Notes: generated by a model not told the origin, from the sequence alone. A DNA stretch of 63,090 bases, filler included, from Basidioascus undulatus (GCA_000826855.1; 3 parts of 3 records of this genome joined end to end with filler, not necessarily neighbours in it); one strand, 5' to 3'; numbered from the whole stretch's first letter, positions 23,950 to 36,864 are shown. A program made the numbers and translations.

Positions 23950-24098
23950 CCACGACCCGCCTCATGAGTTTCAAAGATACAGGATACAGTTATGAAAACA
24001 CTATGGCTGAGGCAGGCGACCAGGTCAGAGTCTGAGTGGATATGCGAGACAATAGAGCGCCAGAGCTCGATCGGGAGAGTGTTGAGTATGATTGTCAT
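23950..24098 (-). pseudogene. F-box motif fragment
   Basis: MTIILNTLPIELWRSIVSHIHSDSDLVACLS with no convincing downstream domain. Confidence 0.45.
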
Positions 24099-24621
24099 TG
24101 TCTGTTTCCGCGTGGAGAGCTGGGAGTGGGGAATCGTGAGTGGGAGTCGAAAGGAAAGTGACGGGAGCAAGGAGCGCGCCGACACGGCGGCAGACTTCCA
24201 AGCGACCGGACACCAACTTAGTGGAGACATTTTGGGAAAATCCGAGGTTTGTGTTCTGTTTCCTGGAAGATCACCTCGCCTTGGAAGTCTGTCAGTGTTT
24301 TCAAGACTACTAAGTCTCAACGCGACCTGGAGGCAGAGTTCCACAGAATTACCCCATAGGTGCCTTTTCTTGAAGTCGAGCCGTCATGGGCCTGTCGGGA
24401 CACTGTTTGGACTGAACTGAGCCTTCCACATCTCCAGGAAGGTCATCTGCAACCTCAAGAGTGGTGGCTGCCTGTATCTATACCACTTTTGAGACACCTT
24501 TCGATGTCCCCTTTCGATGTACATTGAAGGAAAAGGCAGAATATCCCAATGGCCACGGTAACCGAAGGTTGAAGCTAAGTCTAATTCCAGGAGTTCCACA
24601 CACTCCTCAAGCACCAGACTG

Positions 24622-25130
24622 AGCGCAAGCTCAAGGGCCTCCGCACCGACAACGGCGGCGAGTATGTCTCCCGTGCCTTCTCAGCCTATCTCGTGAAGCA
24701 CGGCATCCGCCATGAGTGGATGACGCCCTACACGCCCCAGTAGAACGCACGCACTGGGCGCATTCAACCTCTCCATCGCCAACGCCGTCCGCACCATGCT
24801 CGTCGACTCTAGTCTCCCCTGGTCGCTCTGGGGAGAGGCCATGCAGACATTTGCGTATGTCAAGAACCGCTGCCCGCACCAGGCCCTCGGTGGCGATGTT
24901 CCGGAGCGCATCTGGTCTGGTAGGGTGCCACGTCACGCACATTCGTGTCTTTGGCTGCCGCGCATACGAGCTCGTGCCAAAGGAGAAGCGCACGTCCAAA
25001 CTCGCCCCTCGCGGCCTCCCACGCATCTTTGTCAGTTACGACGCCAACGCAAAGGCCTATCGTCTCTATGACCCTGTCGCCTGCCGTGTCTCCCTCTCTC
25101 GCGACGTCTCCTTCTTCGAGGACGACATGC
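24622..25130 (+). mobile_element. Ty1/Copia LTR retrotransposon integrase relic
   Basis: KLKGLRTDNGGEY, TPYTPQ*N, RTMLVDSSLPWSLWGEAMQTFAYVKNR, HIRVFGCRAY, SKLAPRG and KAYRLYDP...SRDVSFFED. One stop (24741) and frameshifts. No LTRs or RT seen. Confidence 0.92.
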
Positions 25131-25852
25131 CCATGACCAGGACGGCGACAAACACTCCTCCAGCACCTTCCACATCTCCACCTCCAGCGTCGCCTCCTTC
25201 CCCCTCTCTGACGATGGCACACCAACTTCTCCTGTCCAAAGCACCTCCTCTCCGTCACCCTCGTCGCCCTCACCAGCCGACGCAGGAACCACTTCTTACT
25301 CGCTTGTTCTCAGCTCCTGCGGAGCTGGGGTGCTTGTTCAACTGCGTTTGGACCTGTAGACAGCGGTTATGCGACTTCTTTGAGGCAACATGTGCCACAT
25401 TACAGCCGCTTGTTTCAGATGTGCTGTGAACAACCTTTCACTGTCTTTGCAACTGCGACAGTTACAGCGACCGCCAGCGGCAGCGTGTAATTCGCCTGGG
25501 GTGTGGCAGGCTTGACTCGTGTAGCTTTGGGGCTGTCATTATCTGGGATGCATCTTTTTTATCCAAGGGCAACATCCAAAACCCTTATATCCCCAAAACG
25601 CTCCACAAGAGGCGAAGGTGTTGACTCAGATGGTTCATCAGATTGAAGGTGCAGTGGGTTCGGGTTGCCAGAGGATTGAAGAGGGCAAACAGTGACCTTC
25701 CAAAACGATGGCCAGCCTGTCGACTGTCCCGCCGTCCACAATGTGGAGTCCAGAGCCCCGCAGCATGCATAGCAAGCTCGTTCATCGCCTCCTCCTCCTC
25801 TGCATGCTCTATCCCCGTCACTTGTCCGCTGGACCCTTTCCTTCTCTCCAGA

Positions 25853-27320
25853 ATGCACGATCCACCGTCCTACGACCGGCTTAGCAGCAAGTTGTCTCAC
25901 GAGTCCGAGCGCCGCCCCATCCCCGCCTACGCAGCGCATGCGCCCGAGTACCGGGTCCCTCCAAAGCGGTGGAAGTGGGGCCTGCCTGCCTCGAGGAGCG
26001 CACGGCTCTACATCGCCACGCTCCTCGTCGAGACGCTCCTGTGGCATGGCGCTCGAGGCGTACTTGCATGGCGGGTTTATGTACCGCATGAAGCGACGTT
26101 ATGAGGCAAGTCGGTTCGTATCGCCTTTCCTATTTTGGGCAAGTACGGGACCCGGAGTTGACCGCAATCAGCGTGTGGGCAGGAGCACGAGGCGCTGGCT
26201 GAGCTACCTATTTCTTGGAGGAGACGGAGGCTGCTCTGCAGTTGCGTCACATTAACGCCGTCAGTTTTTATCTTGGGCACGCCTGCCATTTGTTCCTAGC
26301 CATTGAAAGCCTGAGGCATCGAAACTCGGCTCAACTCTGTACGTATCACCCTCGAGAGCTGTGTCGCAACTGGTTTCATGAGTGCTGACTGAAGGCTTAT
26401 TCTCGGGGACACAGTGGGAACATCGTCCCTCAATCTCGTGTTGCTGGGCAACGCCGTCAATCAGGCATGATTTCACCCTACATTATTAACCGGTCTGGTT
26501 TCTCATTCCAAGTATGCAGCACTTCACCTTCACTTGATTCTCTTGGGACGACGTTCTTTCGCGGACGAGGTGGACGCCGTCATCCTTGCGACCGTTTCCG
26601 TCTCTCAGGTGGTGTTGGGTTACCTCAGTGGGAAGCTGTGCGTTCTTATACCTCTTCATTAGCACATAGCCCTACTTAAAATGTACCTGAATTTTTCATT
26701 ACCATGCGCAGGTACCGGGAGTTTGGCTGGCACCGGTACGCCGAGCATTCGAGTGGAGATCTTGGTCTAAGGAGCACGCACTTCCCGGTTGATCCTCAAG
26801 TACATGATAACTAACAGAAATATTTGCGACTCGCCCATTACTAAGTACTCCTGGCGCTGTTCAAAATATGATCTCTTTTTTCTGTTTAGCTGCACGCTAG
26901 AGGTGAGCTTGCCGGTATATGATAACGCCTGACTTGGTGCTCATGCTCATCTTGTTGTGGACCTCGAATTTGCGATCATGATCAACTGCCTCAATATAGT
27001 TCTTCCCGAGCTTGAGAGTGACTTCGTCAGCCCTGCCTTGGCCGCTTCGCTACTGGTGCCGGCCTGGATAGCTGTCCCACTAGCCTTACTGCTCGTGGCC
27101 TTTGCCTTCGTTGCGGCCATGCGGGCCTGGCACGCAAAACGGCCAGCTCACCTGATTCCGCTGCTCGTCATCGTAGCCTATCTACTCTGCGCGGTACGTC
27201 CGGTCTCTTACGACACAGCTTGCAGTGGGGTGGCTCTGATGCGAACCCGAGTCCCCGCCGTTGCAATTTGCTCAGCAGCCAACGTCCTGTCCCCAACGTT
27301 CATCGTGAGCACACATTAGA
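25853..27320 (+). pseudogene. UPF0658-like Golgi multi-pass membrane protein, disrupted
   Basis: ARLYIATLLVET, YREFGW...SGDL, LLALFK/YDLFFLF, DLEFAI and AVPLALLLVAFAF. In-frame TAA at 26842 and a +1 frameshift just after it. Confidence 0.6.
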
Positions 27321-27396
27321 CTTCCCCAATATACTCTCACAGACCCAGCTTCATTTATTCCTCAGGACAATGCATGCGCGCCCATCCCCGCCTTAG

Positions 27397-29956
27397 TCAC
27401 ACCCGGAAGTCCAGCCCGTGCCACCCAGGCGTCCACCGGAAACGGTACAAGATGGGCGGCAGCCCGCCGTCGTCGTCTGGCGAGTCCTCCACCGCAAACT
27501 TTGCGAGCGCGTCGAGGCCGACCACCTGCCCCACCGAGCGCAAGGCTTTGGCGCGCTCGAGCGCTCGGCCTGTCACGCATGGCGATGATCAGCGAGGAAA
27601 AGGAAGACAGGGGCTGGGCTGGGCTGAGGGACGAACGGAAGAAGGCGGCGAAGGCGGAGTGGTACTCCTGATTGACTGTGCGCTCGTAGACTTCCAGCGC
27701 AGCGAGGAATGTCTCCGAGCACCAGATGATGCGCTCGTCCGTGCTCGCGCCGAGTTGGTGCACAATTATGAGCGAGATGAAAGACGCTTGGAGGAGGTAC
27801 GTCCCGTCTGTGAGGGTCGAGTGGAGTCAGGCGGTTTGTTTTGCATGTGACGGGCCCAGACAGAACGAGGAAGCGCACAGATAGCGGGGAAGAAGGCGAG
27901 GTGGGGGTCGACTTGGAGGATCTCGGAAGTGGCCTGTGGGAGGGGAGGCCGTCCAGAACAGCTTAATGGGTCAAAACGTGTGGAAATGAGAGGGAGAAGG
28001 GGACGGGCTTGCCTGCGCTGCACGCACCGTGTGGTCAATCGCGACGAGGAAGTCCTGGCTCGCGACCCACTCGGCATCCTGCATCATAGTCCACACATCC
28101 CACTTCCCATACACGCTTTACAATCCCCAGCAAAGTCAGCCAAGCAACTCCCGGTCCGGACAGGAATAGCAGCGCCGACGCACAGGATGTACAGCGTGTG
28201 GATAATATGTCGCGCGTAGAGCATAAGGATCGTGAACTTGTCCGCGTCGCGCTTTTCCACTGTGCCGAGGCTAGACTCAAACTGGGTCAGAAGCGCCTTC
28301 GCCTGCGCACCCAGGGCGTCGAGCAGTGTCGCGTGCACGTCCCGCAGCGGCCCGATAGACGGCGCGGGCTTCGAGCGATGGTGGTGGAAGTCGAGGACTG
28401 CTTCGAAGCAGCTGTGGGACCCATAGGACAAACTTTCAACGAGGGCGGATCCTAGTGGGATAAGGGAGAGAGCGCACCTTGTGCAGGGGATGAGAATGTC
28501 GAAGACGCCGCAGCCTGAGACGACTGGCTGAAGGCCACTGCAGCGACGGAAGGAGTGAGCGATCTTCTGGATTAGAGGGAGTCAGGCCCTCTTACCGACT
28601 TCGAGGAGGCATTTGCAGCTGACTTGGCGGGAGCGGGCGGTCTGAATGCCATAGATCGGAAGAGCAGGGCAGGTACAGCTCGAGCGCTTCTTCTTCCTGG
28701 AGGTAGGGGAGCCGGTTGAAGGAGACTGCCGAATGCCTGGGCTTCCGTTCGACTTGAGCATGGTTGTGAAATGATCTAAGTAGAGAGAAGGGAAACGATT
28801 GCGTACCTGTCCACGAACATCAGGGCCCACCACAGCCTCCTCCGTTCCTCCCGCTCCTCCTCCTGCACGCTCAGGTCCTCCGCCTCGGCGAACAGCCGGA
28901 GCTCGCGCGCCATACAGAGCGCGTTGGCCATCCAGCGTATCATAAGGTGGTGAAGATTTCTGTACATTGCCTTCGGGTTGAGCTTCGCGGTGTCTTAAAG
29001 ACGAAACAGCATACCGAGTGCAGCCTGCGATGAAAGTGAGGAAGTGGAAGTAGAGACAGTCGTCTGACTCGGGAGACCGCGTATTAGCATGATTGAGACT
29101 GGACCCAGATATATCTGCAACAAACTCTCACCTAAAGTTGGTGCCTTTCCGCGCAGCGTATCAGGCATGTATTGCAGTGCAAGGCGGATGAGGACCTGGC
29201 TGAGGGCCGTGCCCCGCTCGCTCTGACTCTCGGTCCGCTTGTGCGATGAATAGCCTGTCAAAGTGGCATTCAAGGCAAGAGCACATCTTCAGGATAGAAA
29301 CCGAGGACCTACAAAGAATCGCATACAGCAAGCCCTTGCTCGTCTTCCTCGGCGACTCTATCGACAGCAGGTTCCGCCTTCGCACGATCCAGAGCGGGTC
29401 GTGCGACCCCGTCGTATACAGGCCCTCCAGGATCTCCGACGCGACCGCCTTGCTGAAGGGCAGGTCGGTGAGCTCGTCGAGCACGGGATAGACCCGTTGC
29501 GTCGGGACCGTCGGCGGAGGCGGACGCGCGGGCTTGCCCCGCTTGCGGATGGGCCGCTCGTACGAGCACGTAGCTGAGGCGGCTAGGAGACGAAGAGAAT
29601 GGGTAAGTCCTTGCTAAAAGAAGAAAGAGGACGAGACATACCGGCGCACATCGAACAGCTAGGCAATGCCGCATTGCACTTGATCTTCCTGTCGAAGAGG
29701 CCACGGAAGACATCAGTATGCGAGCACGGGCATCGTGTTCGGTTGAGCATGAATCTCACCGAGAATGACAGCGGTTACAAGCGATCAGCGCTCTCTTCCT
29801 TATGGGGCCTGGCGCGCTCGCAGGCGGGGGAGCCGCAGGCGCATGATAGGACTCGGGCGCGGCTGATGATGGGCTGCCGGAGCTCGAGGACGTCAAGCTC
29901 GAGCCGGTCGCCGGGGAAAGTCCGGGAGGGTATGCACTGTCCCCCTCGGGTGGCAT
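27397..29956 (-). CDS. Zn(II)2Cys6 transcription factor, XlnR/Xyr1/AraR-like
   Basis: ACNRCHSR|KIKC...CSMC|..CSYERPIRKRGK; YPVL...RRRNLL..SPRKTSKGLL; TLDD; ARELRL; EEEREERRRLWW..MFVDR; YARHIIHTLYIL; EILQVDPHLAFFP; YLLQASF; C-terminus LYRFRWTPGWHGLDFRV*. Confidence 0.85.
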
Positions 29957-30646
29957 GGTGAGTTTGTGTTGATTTCCTTCGATTTGGCGGGCACGCAAAG
30001 TCGAAGATGGGTGTGCGGGAGCAAGGTAGCTGCGGGGACGGCAAAACGGCCTTATCGCGCCGTGCCTAATGGCTGGTTGACAGCTTCGGGCCGTGAGGCG
30101 TTATCTCTGGTCACATGGAAGCTGAGGCTCCGAAGAAACGTTTACCCTCAGAAGGCCCACATTCTGTGCAAGAATCAATAGTCTGCTTGTAGAGATAAGA
30201 TGCATATTACTCCCAAACGCAAATGGTTTCGTGGCGAAGGTACTTGGCGAAGATAATTGAGCTGAGTTCCGCCGCTCCAGGCAGGAGTGCCCGCCGAGTC
30301 CCGACACTAAGTAGTGGTCGACTCCTCCGACCAAGTGAATGTAAAAGTACCTGGTCTTGTTAGCCCGCTGTGGATTCTACTTGTACGCTATACAGCACAC
30401 AACTTGTCAAGGTGTGGCCTCCAGGTAAGCGGCATGGGCGCAGCAGGCGCAGCAGGCGCAGCAGGCGCACTCAAGCTCTCTTATGGGCCATGTCTCCATC
30501 ATGCGGGGATGATTCGAAAACCAACATGGAAGGGTATCGAACATGAAGGGTAAAGAACATGCTCAGCATGGACATGGTAGCAAGCAAAGACTCTGGCGCA
30601 TACAACAGATATCCCTCGACGTCCCTCTCGCCCTCCCATGCTCTAC

Positions 30647-32990
30647 TCAGATCCCATACCTCCCCAACTGCTCCACCGTCAACTCCCCCTCCTTCCCTTT
30701 CTCCTTTGCGCCTGCCACCCTCTCAACCGGGGCGTTCACGCTCCTGCTCAGTCCGAGGGGCTGGACGCCCGCCCCCGCAGCGTTGAGGCGCCGCACGCGG
30801 CTCATCCCCGCCTTGGGCTGCTTGCCGTCCGCGAAGCTGCCCCCGATGCTCTTGTAGCTCTCGAGCTCCGTTCGCGCGTTTTCAAGGGCCTGCTCGGTGG
30901 CCTTGAGCCGGTGCTCCGTCGCCAAGTGTTTCTGGTCGACCGTCCCGCAGCGTCAGCCAGGGAAGAGCGGGAAGATGGGAATATGGGTGGGGCGGGGTAG
31001 GACGCACCTGCTTGAGCTCCGAAAGCTCCATCCGCAGGTTTGAGAGGTGGTGGATCCGCTGGTCGGGGTTGCGGTGCCCTGCGAGGCGCGCGTTCAGTGC
31101 CCCCAGCTCCGCGGCTTCGGACTCGGCGAGGTTGGTCCGCGAGAGGAGGAGGTCGAGCTGCGCTTGGAGCGAGGGCAGCTCGGCCTCGAGGGGGAGGAGG
31201 TGGGAGACGTAGGATTGGAGCCTGTCGCACATGAGGAAGGTGCTTTAGTCTTATGCGATCGCAAGGGAGCATGACAGGATGAGAAGGACGACGAACTGCG
31301 ACACTTCTTCCTGCAGCGACGTCGACAGCGCGCGCGTCTTGCCGAGCTCGAGCGAGAGGTGCTTTGTCGTCTCAACCTGCGGCTGGAGCTCCGCCTGCGC
31401 GCGCGCGAGGTCTTCGCGGGCCTGGGCGAGCTCGGCCTGGGCGGCGGAGAGGGAGTCGGGGAAGGCTAGGAGCGGGAGGAGGAAGGTGGAGAGGGAGTTG
31501 GCGAAAGTGAGAGCGGAGGAGAGTGAGGATTGCGCGGAGGAGACTTGAGAGGTCAGGTCGGCTTGGATGAGGTCGAGGTGGGACGCGTACAGCGCTTCCT
31601 CTTCTGAGGCGAGGGCGAGCGGCTCGAGCGGCTCGGCGGGGATGTCGTCTGGCGCCGGCGGCGGCATGTCCTGGTTCCGACTCCTCAGGAAAGACACCTC
31701 CTCCTCCGCGCCCCTCAACGCGTCCTCCAGCACCCCCCGCAGCGCCTTCTCCTCCCCGACAACCTCCACCAACGCCTGCACGACCGCATCCTTCTCGCCC
31801 AGCTTCCGCTCCGCGCGCAGCGCGCGGTCCTGCCACGCCAGAAGCTCGGCGCGGAGCGCGTCATGCTGCGCGGCGGGGACGGTGGTGCGGGAGAGGGTGG
31901 AGTAGGCGTCCGAGAGGTCGGAGAGGAGGGTGGACGCGTGGACGAGGAGGTCGGAAGTGCTCGAAGAGGTGGATTGCGCGGACGCGAGCTCGGAACGGAG
32001 TTGGGTGAGCTCGTCTGCTTGTTCGGCGAGTTGGGCGGACGAACGCGTCGACGACTCCTGCGCGTCGGAGAGCTCGGAGCAGATGCGCTGCAGCTCGGCA
32101 TCGCGCTGCAAGGGCGGTGTGGATCAGAAGACTTAGACCTCACAAAGAGATGAATTCCAGATTGGGAGACGCACCTTGGCCGCGCTCTTCGCATGCAGGT
32201 CAGTGAGCTCGTCCAGCTTCTTCTGAAGCGGTTCGAGCTTGATCGCCCGCTCTTGGACGTGGTTGAGCTTGGCCTGGGCTTTCTCGAGCTGCAATAGAGA
32301 GCGTAAGCGACCTGCAGCACCTCTCACGCCATCTAGAGAGAAGCATCGTACCGCAGCCTTCAAAGACGCCTCGCGGATCTTCGCCTCGCCTATCCATCCC
32401 AAACGGCTCAGCACACCGCCCACCGCTCGACTCAAGCAAGACCCAAGAATGTGAACTCACGCCTCTCGCCCGCCCCAGCCCGCAGTTCCTCTTCCAGCCG
32501 TTTCCGCTCTGCATCCAGCCCATCACATCGCCGCTCGAGTTTCTCCAGCCGCGCAAGGTCCGCCTTCTGCGCCGCGAGCGCGCGGTGCGCCTCGGCGAGC
32601 TGCTGCTTGAGGTGCGCTGTGCTGGCGCCCTTGTGAACGATCCCACGGACCGCTCCGTCGGTGGTGGAGTTGTAGGCGTTGGGTCCTGGAGGGGAGAGTA
32701 CTTGAGCCGGGATCGGGACCCGAGAGACAAAGGAGGGGAGAGAAGACGTACCCGGCCCATCAGGCACTCTGTTCTTGTCGAACCGGTCCGCCTTCTCGAG
32801 GAACGCCCCGCGCTTGAGCTCCTCGCCGAGCGCAGCGAGGTCTTTGGGGTTATAGGCGCCGGGGCCGGGGATGTCAGAGGGTTCTGGGCAAGCCAAAGGT
32901 CCCAAAGTCAACATGGTGCTCCTGCGAGGAGTCGGAAGGGGAAGGACCGCACGCACTTCCTTCGACGAATCGCTGAGACTTGGAAAACAT
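30647..32990 (-). CDS. Coiled-coil protein with HMMR/RHAMM-type C-terminal domain
   Basis: MFSKSQRF..., PGPGAY and PGPNAY motifs, KRGAFLEKADRF, long coiled coils, and LNARLAGHRNPDQRIHHLSNLRMELSELKQ (HMMR C-terminal motif). Confidence 0.75.
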
Positions 32991-33178
32991 ACTTGCCAGG
33001 GTATATGAGTTCGCCTTGCAGGCGCGGGGAGGAGGAGGACGAGTTGATGGAGTTTCGATGATGGACGCGGGGCAAGGCGTCGAGGAGTTCTGACGCCGAC
33101 GCGCTGCGAAATCAACGTCACGTGCGTTTAGGAACGTCTCAAGGCACACTTTCACAGGCTTTCCTACTGTCTTCCGCA

Positions 33179-33240
33179 ATGTAAAGTCTCTTTAAACAAA
33201 AGTACGGTTATGTAAAGTCTCTTCAAATAAAACTAAGGTT
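33179..33240. repeat. 31-bp imperfect tandem duplication (2 copies, 27/31 identical)
   Basis: ATGTAAAGTCTCTTTAAACAAAAGTACGGTT / ATGTAAAGTCTCTTCAAATAAAACTAAGGTT. Confidence 0.85.
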
Positions 33241-33329
33241 TAAATTCGCTTACAAGTACTGGTCCTGGTCCTGAGTCCACCGGCAGACTATCCCCGCCGC
33301 CAGGATCTACGCCAAAGCGACCTCACACG

Positions 33330-35190
33330 CAGCGCTTCCTTACAAACCCACATCGCGCGAAACTCCGCATCATATCACCCCATTCTCCTCCCTATTAGGC
33401 ACGAGCACCCACACCCTTCCTCCAAGCTCACGACAATCCGGCCACTCGAATCCGACATGTACGCCAGATCGCGCACCGCGAGCCGCCGCGGCGTCCTCCT
33501 TCGCACGCAGATGCTGCTTTCGACGCCGTCCGTGGACATGACCGCTGCCTGTGGGGGGTCGAGATGCTCCAGCGGAGGTTCCCGTCCGCTAGAGAGAACG
33601 TGCGGATTGTGCCGTCGGGCGAGGGGAGTGTTAGCAGTTTACCGTCGGGGGAGAAGGCGGGGTGGGAGGTGGAGTGCGAGCCTGAACAGCGAAGCGAATA
33701 CAAGCAAAGTCAGACATCCTCTCAGAAAAACGGGCGAGGTAAAGATGATAAAGTGCACCTTCCGACACCGCCGTCCAAATAGTCTTCAATTCCATCCCCA
33801 TCACGGGCAGCACAACCAAACACCCCATCCTCCGTCCCTCACAGTCCCCGTCTGCGCCACAATCCACTTTCCGGCAGGGTGCAAGCCGCCAAACGATCGA
33901 GAAGTCCGCCGCCTCCCCTCCATGTTCCACGTTGGGCGCAGGCAGGATGGGCACCTTGCGCTCCCAGAACGCTTCATCAGATAGTGGAGGTGCGTGTCGT
34001 GTCGGCGCGTGTAGATGAGGTTCTGCTCCGTGTGCGAGGGGGTGGACGAGGGGAGGTGCGCGAAGAGCAGCGCGAAGGGGCGCGTGGGGAGGAAGCGCCC
34101 TTGGAAGCGCGTGTAGGTTGTTGAATGGGTGTCGGGGGCGGCGAAGACGCCGAGGGAGTGTGCTCACGGGAGGCGGTGGCGAAGTACTGGGTGGGTCGAG
34201 GGAAGTGGTGAGAGGGCTGTAAAGGCGGGGGAAGGGCGTGTAAAAGGTTCGGAGACTCACCTGGCCGCACGGGGAGAAGACCGCATGCGTTACCGCCTTC
34301 AAATGAGAATTGGTGCGGAGGACGTCCCTATGCGTGTTCAGGTCGGTTATGGCGATGCTGCATAGCACAACATCCAGCCAAGACGATCAGCTCCCAGCCA
34401 TGGATACGATATGAAACTTCCCACGGAAAGCACTCACTTACCGTCTGCTGAGCCTGTCAGCAGATACGGCTTGGTCGGGTGGAACTCGAACGACGTAACT
34501 GCGGACTTGTGCGGCTCGAGGAGGTGCTCGATCTGCGGCCGGCCGAAGGTTCGCGACAGTGAGCTGGGGGAAGGGGCAAAATGGGGCTGGGAGCAAGCAG
34601 CGTACGTGTCCGGTATGGGCGTTCATGGTCTTGAATGTCCGTTCGACTCCGGAGGTGACGATGCAGAGTTGTCGATCTTCAAAGAAACTGAGGGTGCGGG
34701 GCAAAACAAGTCGTGAGCCATCGCAAAGCAAAGCGGATGTGCACGGATTGTAGCGCCCACCCACTCGGTTATCGTCAAGTCGTATCTCCGCGTCACGAGC
34801 TTCTGCACCCTCACGCAGAGCACCTCCGCCGCATGAACGGCTTCCCACGTCCTGCCCACCCTAACTGGCAAGACCCCCGGTCTCCTCGCCAGCGCCGCCG
34901 CTGCCTCCTCCGGCGCGGCTCCCGCGTCCGGTTCCCCCACCGCAGACGAGGCCGTGCGAATCGAAGCGCCTCCTAATCGAGCTGCTCCGCGATATGGTGA
35001 TCGACCAGTTCGCAGATGTCGGGTGTGGGAAGCGACGGGGGCGCGGCAAGCGTGCTCGAGAGCGCGGGGGAGACGCTCGCGATCTCGTACTCGAGCGAGT
35101 GCGCCGAATGCGGGAAGTGCGAGCGCAGGTAGGAGAGGACTGCGCGGTGCAGCACCTCGGACTATGCTGCCGCGGGGGGAGGTATTGAGA
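33330..35190 (-). pseudogene. WD40-repeat protein with LisH-like N-terminus, disrupted
   Basis: HRAVLSYLRSHFPHS; HKSAVTSFEFHPTKPYLLTGSADG; HLKAVTHAVFSPCGQ|YFATASRE; AFSPDGKLLTLPSPDGTIRTF. In-frame TAG at 34973-34975 and frameshifts (for example near 34160). Confidence 0.7.
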
Positions 35191-36864
35191 ACATGTCAGT
35201 CCGAGAGAGGGCGGGGACGAAGCGTGTTGAGGGTGAGAGCGAACGAAGGCGAGACGGGCCTCATCAGCTCCATGAGACCTCCTCCTGTCAGTTCTGTAAG
35301 ACCGTCTGCACACACTGGAAGATCATAATTACAGCTCGGCAGTGTCTGAGAGGTGCGAGCCGGTGCAGCAGCTCCCAACCTTCGCCAGCGATTGCGCATA
35401 CCCGATGACGCAACCTAAATTTCGCGATAACGGCGCCCACACCGATAACATGGGAGTCGTTCCTCCCGCCCTCATGTCGACCGTCCTTGCAGCATCAGGA
35501 ATGGTGTGGGAGTGGCACTTTGAGTCGCACTTTACATGTCGGATGGATGCGGAACAAGCGAGGCGCTGATGGTGTCCGCTCGTCGCCTTCCAAATCCAGC
35601 GGTGGCCGTTTGTTTCAGCATGAGGAGATGGTCCACCTGCTTTGGAGTCCTCCTGGTCAGGCAGGCAAGTTCTTTCCAAAGATACTCGAGCTGAAATAAT
35701 GATTGGAACTGCAAAAAAAGTTCCCGAGTTCGCTGGATGGGAGAGGGGCGCGCAAAGCAGGTTGTTCCTTGTTGTTCCCATTTAATCGTCGCTGCGTCGC
35801 ACACTTGCCTTGCTCAAGACTTGCCTGGGTTTGAATACAGAAAGAAACGGATACATGGTCCAGAATTTATTAAAAGAAACTGGGACGGTAGCTTAAGATG
35901 CGTTCATCGTCTTCTTGTGTGGATCATGCTCGGACATTGATACTTGAATGAATGCGCACTGCTCTCGCTCACCTCCTCAAGCGTTGACCGTCGATAATTA
36001 TCGTTGATACCAGAAATCCAATACGAATATTTGTATTTTTGGAAGGAAACTATGTTACTATGCCACCTCCAGATATCCTGAACTTCTTTCCAAGGCTTCT
36101 CAACCCCGAGGACTCCTTGTTGCTGTCACTCACAGGTTTCTATCATTCCCGGACCTCTCGTAAAAACACCTTTGACTCATATAATACCATACAGAGCCTT
36201 AGTGGTGTACAGATGAACTGGGCTTCACCATCTCGGTGCCCGAGTCTTGCCAGCCTTCCCCGCGGCCGAGATGAACTTCGCACATGGCAAAGGCTTCCAC
36301 TGCCATGCGACCTCCCAAGAGGTTCCATACGCAGAAATGGGGACTTAATCTGTCTGATATTAAAGTGAGCATATAAGAACGGGAGACACTTGCGCGGACG
36401 CACTGTGACTGAGTAGCACGACGCTCCGAAGGGTTTCTTCGTCTGAGGACGGATGCCCGTTCAGCTGCAAATGCCATAGGCGTTGAACTGACTAAAATTC
36501 TCTTTCAAAAGGTCTTTGAGTAACTGGTAGAAGGATCTGGGAACGTTTTCGGTTAAATGTGCGCCCGTACAACACCTTCAGGGCCGGGTTCCGGTAGGGA
36601 CAAGCAAGCTTGCAAGATAACCAGGAGCCAGTCTCTGAGGTCTCATTTGAGAACAGGGATTGTCTGGCTCAAGCCTTTCCTTTGCATGAGAAAGACCACG
36701 GTCTATGCTGCGCCAAGGCTGTCAATGCCCGTCAGGCTCTGCAGTTCCCCGATGCTACCGGTGCCCATAAGCGAGATGCTGGGGCCGAGCACTGTGGCAT
36801 ATAACAAGCACGCGCTGGTTCTTATTTCCCTTTTTCTTAATCCCCGATCTTCAAATCCTCAGCC

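Noticed and set aside
30360..30365. Single GGCTAA (XlnR site) upstream of the XlnR-like gene as autoregulation
   Set aside because: One hexamer in several hundred bases is close to chance.
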